This document shows positions 50,789 to 58,618 of a stretch of DNA of 64,000 nucleotides, one piece after another; position 1 is the first letter of the stretch; every line of letters begins with the position of its first letter. Origin of the DNA: Anaerolineae bacterium (GTDB taxonomy: Bacteria > Chloroflexota > Anaerolineae > UBA1429); assembly GCA_963675785.1 (NCBI GenBank), contig OY776562.1:1632001-1696000 (forward strand), in the 5' to 3' direction. The notes beneath the pieces were generated by a model, which was not told the DNA's origin, made no database searches, and saw only the letters and a list, made by a program, of their open reading frames with translations. Position numbers and translations under genes: made by a program.

Positions 50789-52234
50789 CTAGGCACCTCC
50801 GGGAATGAGCAATCCGGCGGCGGCACTGCCCCAGCCATAGAGCAGGCCGGGAAACAACCCCAGTATGAGCACCAGCAGCACAGCCGCCGCAGTAGACCAA
50901 CGCATGGCCGCTGGCACCTGTTGTACGGCCATATCCAGCGGGGCTTGGCCGCTGTTTACGCGCACAACAAGCCATACCGCGTACATGGTCGTAGCCAGCG
51001 GTGCCAACAGTTCCAGCACGGCCAACAAGCTATAGGGCGCAGCAAACCCGGCCAGGATGATTTGCAATTCGCCGTAAAAGGCGGCAAAGGGCGGTAGCCC
51101 GGCAATAGCCATGGCGCCCAGTGCCAACCAAAGGCCAGCCCCGGGCAATACCCGGGCCAGTCCACGAATCCGCTCAATATTGCGCCGCGAGGTGGCCAGC
51201 ATGATCCAGCCCACGGCCATAAACAGCGCTGCTTTGATCAAGCCGTGGGTAACCACCTGCATCACGGCGCCGGTCAGGCCGGCCTCACTCAGCGTACCGA
51301 TGGCAAAGAGCACATAGCCCATCTGGCTGACGCTGGAATAAGCGACGATGCGTTTGATGTCGTGTGAAGAGATGGCCATCAGGGCGCCGTATATCTGTGA
51401 CACCAAACCGGCGATCATCAGCGGCACTTGCAAGGGCTGTAATGCCGCCACGCCCAAAATGCCCACGGCAAAACGCATCATGCCATAGGCACCCATGCTG
51501 AGCATAGCCCCAGCCAACATCACCGTCACCGGCATGGGAGCGATCGAGTGGGCATCGGGCAGCCAGGTGTGCAATGGAAAGACTGCCAACTTGACGCCAA
51601 AGCCCAACACCAACAAACCAGCCAACCAAGTGAGCGTCGTGGCAGGAATTCCTGCCGCCATAGCCTGGCCAGTCATATCGGTGGTACCAGAGTGAACCGC
51701 CATATAAGCCAGCACGCCCAGCACCGTCAGCGAGCCAAGCTGGGTATAGAGCACGTACTTGAACGTAATGCGCCCAACCTGCTCGCCACTGCCCCACCAC
51801 AAGAGCAATAAGCTGGAGGCTACCAGCATGAGTTCCCAAAAGAGGAAAAAGACCAGCGCATCGTGGGCCAACACGGTGCCCACCATACTGCCGCAAAAGG
51901 CAGCCATGAGCGCATAGACGACGTGCCCGCGTGGAAAGCTTTGTAAATAGCCCAGACCGTACAGGCTGGCCAACAGTGTTACGCTCAGCACGGTGATGGC
52001 AAAAGGCCGGGCCAGGGCATCCAGCACCAGGCTAAAGGATGGCCCGTTCTGAATCCAAGGCAGTGAGAAGGAGCTTGCAGGTGCGACAATCACTAAAACG
52101 AGGGTAGCTCCCACAGCGGTACAGGTCGCCACACCGGCGATGCGCGTCCGCTTGGTCAGCCGCGCGGGCAAGACGAAACTGATCAGGCTTGCCGCCCAGG
52201 GCAGTATCAGAATGAGAGCGAGCATCCAGGGCAA
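50789..52234 (-). CDS. NuoM-like antiporter-type subunit
   Basis: FFLFWELML, KY.LYT..GS, VK...FPLHTWLPDAH..AP, DIKRIVAYSSVSQMG, GLP....F.GE. Confidence 0.9.
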   Translation of the reverse strand: MPWMLALILILPWAASLISFVLPARLTKRTRIAGVATCTAVGATLVLVIVAPASSFSLPWIQNGPSFSLVLDALARPFAITVLSVTLLASLYGLGYLQSFPRGHVVYALMAAFCGSMVGTVLAHDALVFFLFWELMLVASSLLLLWWGSGEQVGRITFKYVLYTQLGSLTVLGVLAYMAVHSGTTDMTGQAMAAGIPATTLTWLAGLLVLGFGVKLAVFPLHTWLPDAHSIAPMPVTVMLAGAMLSMGAYGMMRFAVGILGVAALQPLQVPLMIAGLVSQIYGALMAISSHDIKRIVAYSSVSQMGYVLFAIGTLSEAGLTGAVMQVVTHGLIKAALFMAVGWIMLATSRRNIERIRGLARVLPGAGLWLALGAMAIAGLPPFAAFYGELQIILAGFAAPYSLLAVLELLAPLATTMYAVWLVVRVNSGQAPLDMAVQQVPAAMRWSTAAAVLLVLILGLFPGLLYGWGSAAAGLLIPGGA

Positions 52235-52244
52235 GGTTAGCCTC

Positions 52245-53558
52245 CTACAATAACGAAAATACAGCAACAAAAGCCAGCGCTAGTACAATCAGGCCGGCCA
52301 TCCAGGCCAGATTGGCCCGCAGCTTGCCCGTGTGCAGGCGGCGCAAACGGCGCCCTACCTCCAATGCTGAACGCTGTACATTGACAAAACCCTTTTCAAG
52401 GACATGCTCATCGATGGCGCTGGCCGCACGCGAGGCGCTCTCGGTCAAATGCCAAACCCAGGCATTGAGTGGCTCTAGCAGCCGCGTCTCGACGAATAAG
52501 GCCGCAATCGAAAGCCTATCCCATCTTGTGTTCAATGGGGCGTTATCAGCGTATTCGCCCCGAGCCTCGTCCACAACTCTTGGGGCAGACAGGATCATCA
52601 ATACCCCTCGCAGCGGCATGAAAGAATAGAGATAGGCATATGGCCAGCCCAGAGGCACAATCACCAGCGCAAGCGCCCCATGTGCTACTTCCAAATGGTG
52701 CAAGCGCAACCTGCTTTCGGCTCGAACAGCGCAAATCAGAGCCCAGATCATGATTCCGGCACCGGCCACAACCAAAGGAGTCGTCAGGTGCAGTGCCTGA
52801 ATGCCGCCCTCCAAACGATAGAGCAAATAGGCGCCCAACAGAGGTAGGCCCGCCGTAGCCGCCGACCATCGTTCAGGGCTAGCGATCTCGCCTGCAACGG
52901 CTAACCAGCGATCAAATGGATAGAGGCCCAGCTTGATCCACACTGCCAACAGGCCCATCAGTACTGCCAGCCAGGTGGTACCATCGGCTGCCTGGGCAGC
53001 GGCAGCCAACATGGGGGAGATGAGCAGCGTGTCGTGGGCCTGCCAGAGCACGATGATAGCCCCCAGCAAAGCCAGATCGCCCAAACGCAAAGTGAGAAAA
53101 GAGCCGACTAGATCGCGCCAATTGCCGCGACGTACCGTCATAACCAGCGTGGCCAAAGCAGCCGCCTCCAGAAAGGCATAGCGGTAGAGAAAATGGTTGA
53201 CGTTCAGCGCAGCAAAAGAGGCAGCCAGCAAGATCGGTGCAGCCAAAGCCTGCCACCAGGCCGACGCAGGTTGATCGGCATCTTGCCAAAGCAGCAGGGC
53301 ATAGCCCAGAATGGCCAGCCCGCTCAACTCGGTGCCGCGCTCATCCAGGGCAATCACTCCCGGCTCGATCCAGGGAATCCAGCCCAGATTGATCGTTGAA
53401 GCATCGCGGTGAACTAGGGCCACCAACGCAGCCAAAGCAACAGCTACCGCCACCATACGCAATAGCCGCGCGCGTTTGGCTGTAACCGGAGCAGGCAAGG
53501 TACGCAGCAGTCCTCCTGCCAAAGCCAGTGCCAGCGTTGCCATGATGAAATAGATCAT
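52245..53558 (-). CDS. Shortened, degenerate NuoL/MrpA-like subunit
   Basis: LRLGD, IKLGLYPF..WL, GAYLLYR; C-terminal amphipathic helix and LRRLHTGKL..NL.W TM as in the NuoL tail. Confidence 0.78.
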   Translation of the reverse strand: MIYFIMATLALALAGGLLRTLPAPVTAKRARLLRMVAVAVALAALVALVHRDASTINLGWIPWIEPGVIALDERGTELSGLAILGYALLLWQDADQPASAWWQALAAPILLAASFAALNVNHFLYRYAFLEAAALATLVMTVRRGNWRDLVGSFLTLRLGDLALLGAIIVLWQAHDTLLISPMLAAAAQAADGTTWLAVLMGLLAVWIKLGLYPFDRWLAVAGEIASPERWSAATAGLPLLGAYLLYRLEGGIQALHLTTPLVVAGAGIMIWALICAVRAESRLRLHHLEVAHGALALVIVPLGWPYAYLYSFMPLRGVLMILSAPRVVDEARGEYADNAPLNTRWDRLSIAALFVETRLLEPLNAWVWHLTESASRAASAIDEHVLEKGFVNVQRSALEVGRRLRRLHTGKLRANLAWMAGLIVLALAFVAVFSLL

Positions 53559-53878
53559 CCGCGTAGCGTCCTGAGGTCATCCACCTCACCAGAGGGGAAA
53601 TAGCGCAAAGCGTTGATAGTAAGCGCTAGAACGATGGCCAACACGATGGTCTCGGCCACCAAGGCAGAGACCACCAGACTTTGCACTAACTCCAAGTCGC
53701 CCTGTACGCGGGCGGCATCCACAAAGTTGAGCAGGGCGCCCTGCAACATGATGTTGAGACCGATGACCTGTTTGAGCAGACGACGACAGGTAAGAAGACA
53801 GAGGAAGCCAATCAAGATCAGCGCAGCAGAGAGTAACGGGTTGACGATATCTAGCAGAGGATCGGGTAAAGACTGCAT
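53555..53878 (-). CDS. NuoK/MrpC-like subunit
   Basis: 3 TM; LLK.VIGL.IM, AE..V.A..LAL, DDLRTLRG C-terminus. Confidence 0.85.
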   Translation of the reverse strand: MQSLPDPLLDIVNPLLSAALILIGFLCLLTCRRLLKQVIGLNIMLQGALLNFVDAARVQGDLELVQSLVVSALVAETIVLAIVLALTINALRYFPSGEVDDLRTLRG

Positions 53879-53881
53879 GAT

Positions 53882-54112
53882 CTAACTCTCCTCGTCACGG
53901 CCGGGCAGCAAAGCGCGAATGCCCAAGGCCCCGGCAAACATGAGAGCCAACTGAAACAAGAGATCGGGCTGGCGGGATGTCCAGAGGGTGAAAAAGGAGG
54001 CTTCTTCACTCGAGGATTTTTCTCCCAGTAAAATGTAAAGGCCTGCCCCAAGCACCAGCAAAAGGATCACGCCGGTTCTGCCCAGAAGCAGGTCAATGAG
54101 TTTGGACTTCAT
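53882..54112 (-). CDS. Small membrane protein, probable C-terminal half of a split NuoJ
   Basis: 2 TM, LW..R..DLL.Q...MFAGALG...L; position between the NuoJ-N and NuoK homologs. Confidence 0.65.
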   Translation of the reverse strand: MKSKLIDLLLGRTGVILLLVLGAGLYILLGEKSSSEEASFFTLWTSRQPDLLFQLALMFAGALGIRALLPGRDEES

Positions 54113-54138
54113 CGTCTCCCCACAGTTTTATGGCCGGG

Positions 54139-54420
54139 TTAAACCCCGGGGCTATTGTCACGGGTCTCTTGTTTGCGCCGTTTGCCGATGGATTCGGCCA
54201 AGCTAAGAGCGATGATAAAAAGCGTGCTCACCAATCCAGCGCCCACAGAAAGCTGAATAGCAGCAGCATAAGGCGCCTGCAGTAGGTAGAACATCAAAGC
54301 CAAGCCGCTGCTGGCCACAATGAGAGCCCCAGCTGCTCGGATGAGTTCCCTGGTACGAACGGCTACAATCGCCGCCGTCAGGACAAGTGCTGCTGCTACC
54401 AGATATGCTGTCGTCATCAC
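54139..54420 (-). CDS. NuoJ N-terminal-like (DUF4040/MrpB-type) membrane subunit
   Basis: LIRAA.AL......LA..FY.L.APY.A.IQL.VGAG. Confidence 0.8.
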   Translation of the reverse strand: MMTTAYLVAAALVLTAAIVAVRTRELIRAAGALIVASSGLALMFYLLQAPYAAAIQLSVGAGLVSTLFIIALSLAESIGKRRKQETRDNSPGV

Positions 54421-54524
54421 TCACTCTGTTGTATTGAAGAAAAAACCGCGTCGGTCTGCCATGGCCGGTGCGGTCTATCTTTTATATATCATAGCATAGC
54501 AGGCGGCAACAGGCAACCAACATG

Positions 54525-54553
54525 AAAAAAGCGCCCCGCAACAGCGGGGCGCT
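54525..54553 (-). terminator. Terminator after the NapH-like gene
   Basis: Minus strand AGCGCCCCGC-tgtt-GCGGGGCGCTTTTTT. Confidence 0.8.
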
Positions 54554-54566
54554 CAGGAAAACAGGA

Positions 54567-55346
54567 CTATCTACAACAGAGTGTGCCTTCACGGGGACAG
54601 GCGCCGGTGCATTCCATGCAGCGAATGCATTCCATGCTGCGCTCTACCTCGGTAGATGGGTCAATATCCATGGGACAGATGGCTTCACAACGCCCGCAAG
54701 AGACACAACTGGTCTCATCGGCCTTGATGCGCCAACGAGAGAATAAGTTGGTGACGGAGAGCACCGCCCCCAGAGGACAAGCATAGCGGCACCAAAAACG
54801 CTCAATAGCGATGGACCAAATCAGGAATACGACGACCACGCCAGCACCCAGGGCACTGCCTACATTCATGGTGAACAAGGTACGGTAGGGACAAAAGGCC
54901 ATGAGGGGCGGCACCACAGCGGTGATGCTGGCATAGATCACCCAGCCCAGCACCAGCCACTTGACCCAGCGCATAGGACGGTCGAGCCAACGCGGCAGAT
55001 GAATGGGCAACCAGTGCTTGCGCCCACCGGTAATGCGCCGCAAAAAGCGGCTAATCCAACCCTGTACCGTGCCCAAGGGGCAAAACCAACCACAGAACAC
55101 CCGACCAAAGAGAACCCCAGAGATCAACACTAGCCCCAGCAACACCAAATTGATGATGCTGGTATAGCGTAAAACGGTGCCTGAAGTAAGAAAAGTTGAG
55201 ATCAACTCAATGCCACCCATGGCGCAAATGGCGTCAAAGGAAGCAATGAGCCCCAGTGAAAAGGCTATGCCGATGCCGATGGCAATGAGTAAGCCAATAC
55301 CCTGCGAGATGCGGCGGTAGATCTGAAGGCGATTCTTGGCCGCCAT
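54567..55346 (-). CDS. NapH/MauN-like membrane polyferredoxin (4Fe-4S binding protein)
   Basis: GRVFCGWFCPLG, FCP, ERFWCRYACPLG, CVSCGRCEAICP, CIRCMECTGACP. Confidence 0.92.
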   Translation of the reverse strand: MAAKNRLQIYRRISQGIGLLIAIGIGIAFSLGLIASFDAICAMGGIELISTFLTSGTVLRYTSIINLVLLGLVLISGVLFGRVFCGWFCPLGTVQGWISRFLRRITGGRKHWLPIHLPRWLDRPMRWVKWLVLGWVIYASITAVVPPLMAFCPYRTLFTMNVGSALGAGVVVVFLIWSIAIERFWCRYACPLGAVLSVTNLFSRWRIKADETSCVSCGRCEAICPMDIDPSTEVERSMECIRCMECTGACPREGTLCCR

Positions 55347-56173
55347 CAGTGACTGCCCCTGCCGGAGCCACTGGAAGAACTGGAAAGCTGCTCATAGAGT
55401 GCGGGCTCGGAGTAATCACAATAGCCATTGCCGTTGGAATCGACATAGTCATGGCACAAGCCGGGATAAGGATCCCAAACCTGCCCTTTGGGACAGGCTA
55501 CTTGCCCAGTGACGCTGGTATCGACGGTGGAATCGGATGTCACAGCAGGCACGGCGGTTGCCGTCGCTGTTGCGACCGCAGTTGTGGCCGTTTCCTCGAT
55601 CAAAGTATCTGATGATTCTTCGGGCTCAGACAGGTCGCAAATGGCGTTGTTGTTCAGATCGCAATAGCGATTGCACTGACCCGGGAAGGGATCATTCAAT
55701 ATGCCAAAAGGACAAGCAACCACAACAGCAGCAGTCGCCGTTGCTTCGGCGGTAGCCTCAGCAGTTGCGGATGATTCTGTTGTTGCATCCGGTGTAGCCG
55801 TGGCCATTGAATCAGCCGCAGGTTCGGAATAGTCGCAATAGCCGCTGCCGGTGGTATCCACGTAATTGAGGCACTGGCCGGGGTAGGCATCGTACTGTAA
55901 TCCAAAGGGGCAAGTGGAGACGAAACTGGAATCCACAGTTACCGTTGCAACAGCCGCTGCCGCAGCCGTCGTGGCGCTGGATGATTCTATGCGGTCGCAC
56001 AATGCGTTGCCATTGGCATCGTAACAGGCAGCACAGGGGCCAGTGCAAATGCCATCAGCCGAAATGGGGCAATCGCTCACGATGTAAAGTCCACCCATGG
56101 CTCCGGTAGCAACCACGCCTCCGGCAAGCACCAGGAACTGTCGGCGGTCGAGTTTTCGTTTCTTGGGGACCAT
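55346..56173 (-). CDS. Tat-signal protein with three CPxG..D(P)YPGxC..Y.D..G.G.CD.SEP repeats
   Basis: DRRQFL twin-arginine motif plus hydrophobic stretch; repeats separated by Thr/Ala linkers; coupled to the NapH-like gene (TGATG). Confidence 0.82.
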   Translation of the reverse strand: MVPKKRKLDRRQFLVLAGGVVATGAMGGLYIVSDCPISADGICTGPCAACYDANGNALCDRIESSSATTAAAAAVATVTVDSSFVSTCPFGLQYDAYPGQCLNYVDTTGSGYCDYSEPAADSMATATPDATTESSATAEATAEATATAAVVVACPFGILNDPFPGQCNRYCDLNNNAICDLSEPEESSDTLIEETATTAVATATATAVPAVTSDSTVDTSVTGQVACPKGQVWDPYPGLCHDYVDSNGNGYCDYSEPALYEQLSSSSSGSGRGSH

Positions 56174-56290
56174 TATACCCTTCCTGTGTATGGTTGGATA
56201 AAGCATATTAGATGACTATAGTATAAGGAATAAATGTTCGTGAAATGTTAAGAGTCAATCAGGATGTTGCATAGTTAAAGCTGTTCTTAC

Positions 56291-56337
56291 AGAGCATCTC
56301 CGGGAGGGCAACCAGAGGTTGTTCCCGGAGATGCTCT
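56291..56337. terminator. Long inverted repeat downstream of the anti-sigma gene
   Basis: AGAGCATCTCCGGGA...TCCCGGAGATGCTCT (15-bp perfect arms). Confidence 0.7.
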
Positions 56338-56386
56338 ATTTACTGCTGTGAATCAAGGGACAAGGTGCAGAATGAGCACATCCTCA

Positions 56387-56674
56387 TCAGAGGGTTTGGA
56401 GGGCGACGAGCAATGCGGTAAATTCCCTGCGGCAATCCGGGCAGGAAGCCAGATGCTGCGCCACTCGCGGCATAGCCTCGTCCGCCGAGAGCCCAGCCAA
56501 TGTGAGTTCCGCATAGCGATCGACTTGTGCCAAACATTCGTCGCAGGTCAGCTCGTCGTTTGGGGTTTCCAAACACCGCCTAACAAGGTTCTTGAGTGCG
56601 TCCAAATCCATCTGCCCTATCTCCCCTATGTCATCAACGATAGGGTCAGAGGCGAAATTCTTACGAAAAACCAT
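56387..56674 (-). CDS. Zinc-finger (ZAS/zf-HC2-like) anti-sigma factor
   Basis: ELTCDEC and HLASCPDC (HxxxCxxC); follows the ECF sigma gene. Confidence 0.85.
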   Translation of the reverse strand: MVFRKNFASDPIVDDIGEIGQMDLDALKNLVRRCLETPNDELTCDECLAQVDRYAELTLAGLSADEAMPRVAQHLASCPDCRREFTALLVALQTL

Positions 56675-57317
56675 TCAGGATTTCCTCAGCCGATATCCCC
56701 GTGGCCAGCAGTGTATCGCGCAGCTTGACCCGAGCGTCATGGACAAGTTTATACAGAGCATTGCTGTTGGTATCCATACTTGCCGCCACCTCGGCAACGG
56801 GAATACCCTGCAAATGTACAGCCAAAAGCGCTTCACGCTGGCGCGGTGAAAGCTCTTTCAGAGCCTGGCCTAATGTATTGAGTAGATCATCCTGTACAGT
56901 GCGCTGCTCCGGATCAGGGGTCGAAATGCTCAAACGGGCAATGAGCGCCGGAAAATCATCACTCCGTTCGGCCTCTAGCGGAACATCGCGCCAACGCATA
57001 CGGCGCAGCTCGCTATAGACGGCGTGCACGGTTATCTTGGTCGCCCAGGTGGTAAAACGCGCCTCGCCGCGATAGGTATCAATGTGTTCGATGATGCGCA
57101 ACAACGAATCCTGTATCAAGTCTTCGAGGTCGGCTTCGGTAAGGGGTGTATTGGCAAAAGCCCTGATCATGCCCCGCAACAAAATGACACGCAGATCCTG
57201 AATGGCCATAGCTTGCTGAGGTACACCAGCCTTGAGTTCGGCCACCCAGTCCGCATCGCTCCGTTCCGGCATTGAACCGGCTTCGAGGGACGCCCTCTGC
57301 ATGTCATCCCTTTCCAT
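56661..57317 (-). CDS. ECF (sigma-70 group 4) RNA polymerase sigma factor
   Basis: EDLIQD, YRGEARFTTW region 2; LSPRQREA...EVA..M.TN.NALYKLVHDAR.KL region 4. Confidence 0.93.
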   Translation of the reverse strand: MERDDMQRASLEAGSMPERSDADWVAELKAGVPQQAMAIQDLRVILLRGMIRAFANTPLTEADLEDLIQDSLLRIIEHIDTYRGEARFTTWATKITVHAVYSELRRMRWRDVPLEAERSDDFPALIARLSISTPDPEQRTVQDDLLNTLGQALKELSPRQREALLAVHLQGIPVAEVAASMDTNSNALYKLVHDARVKLRDTLLATGISAEEILNGFS

Positions 57318-57325
57318 TTCGCTGC

Positions 57326-58582
57326 CTACTTGCCATCGAGTTCAAGGCGCTTGAAACCACCAAAAGGCATAAAGATCGTCTCTCCCGGTGTGGTTTTCAG
57401 GCTGGCACGCAACGGTGTCTTTTCACAAATACCCGCCATGGCGCTGAGCTGTGTCTTTTTGCAGTCACTGGCCTTTTGCAAACCCTTGACCTGCGCCTTT
57501 TTCAAGCCTTCTATGACCAGTTCGCCATCAGGCAGATTGCGAGCACGCAGTGTCGGGGTTTCCGGCGCCACATCCAGAGCAGCATCACGCACAAAATCAG
57601 CAATGAGTAGATCATCCGAGGCCGTCTCCAGCACGATGAGCGGGTTGGCGTTATTGCTGGCCTTCCAAGTGTGCACATCACGGATAGAGACGCGAGTGAC
57701 TGCGCCAACACCATTGGCCACCGCAGGATCGTCGGGATCAAAGATGGGCGTTGCGCAATAGCGGGCAGCGTCCATATTGATGGCATGGCAGTTCACGCCG
57801 CCGCTCAAGTTGGAGATACGCACATCCTCGATGGGGGCATTGACGCTGAGTAAGCGAACCAACGTATGGCAACGCTGCACTTGAACGTCATCCACCTGAA
57901 TGCGACGGATGGGACCGCGATCCATGCCCAGATTGAGCACGCGGGTGACACAATCATCGGCATTGAACGCCAATACGTCATCGTTAGGCACCGAGGGCCC
58001 ATAAGCTCGCAAGTGGCGGATGACGCCGTCTTCACAATAGCCACCAAGATGAATGCCATCATGGTTGGGGCGCACATGCGGCGCCTCAAAAGTGATGCCC
58101 TCGATGGTAAAATTACTCACATGCCCCAGGCGAACAAAAAAAGCCTCGGGGTCACGCAGGGTCATGTTACGCAACCTAAAGTTTTGTGCCTCAAAAAAGT
58201 TGATGAGCGTGCCGGTATAGCTGCCTGGCTTTTCGGGGCCGCGCGGGTTTCCGGGGTTGTTGCCATCCCAAATGCCGCCTTCAATCGTAAAGCCCACCGC
58301 ATCCCGCTCGTTGGTCAGCAAAAAGCTGTCGCTATCTACGCCGGCGCCATCCGCCATGTAGAGTCGGGCCAGCGGATGCACCACCAAGCGAGTGTTAGAA
58401 GCCACACGCAGGGTTTTGCCGATGCAGTACGTACCGTAAGGGATGGTTACCAACGGCTCGCCCGAATCCAAGGCCCTTTGGATCGCCGCGCTGTCGTCAG
58501 CCTCACCATTGCCCACGGCACCCATATCCAGCACATTGATGCCAAAGGTTTCGTTGCTCATTACATCGTCCCAATCTGCCAT
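57326..58582 (-). CDS. Pectin-lyase-fold glycoside hydrolase (GH28-like)
   Basis: NVLDMGAVGNG..DDSAAIQRALD, GGIWDGN, NHDGIH and NDD acidic motifs. Confidence 0.82.
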   Translation of the reverse strand: MADWDDVMSNETFGINVLDMGAVGNGEADDSAAIQRALDSGEPLVTIPYGTYCIGKTLRVASNTRLVVHPLARLYMADGAGVDSDSFLLTNERDAVGFTIEGGIWDGNNPGNPRGPEKPGSYTGTLINFFEAQNFRLRNMTLRDPEAFFVRLGHVSNFTIEGITFEAPHVRPNHDGIHLGGYCEDGVIRHLRAYGPSVPNDDVLAFNADDCVTRVLNLGMDRGPIRRIQVDDVQVQRCHTLVRLLSVNAPIEDVRISNLSGGVNCHAINMDAARYCATPIFDPDDPAVANGVGAVTRVSIRDVHTWKASNNANPLIVLETASDDLLIADFVRDAALDVAPETPTLRARNLPDGELVIEGLKKAQVKGLQKASDCKKTQLSAMAGICEKTPLRASLKTTPGETIFMPFGGFKRLELDGK

Positions 58583-58618
58583 GATGTCTCTCCTGATTGC
58601 TTCAATCTGTTAGCAAAG

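Noticed and set aside
45745-54420. Ordinary NADH:quinone oxidoreductase (nuo) operon
   Set aside because: No NuoE/F/G; the D-like subunit has both Ni-binding CxxC motifs and the B-like subunit has CxxC instead of tandem CC.
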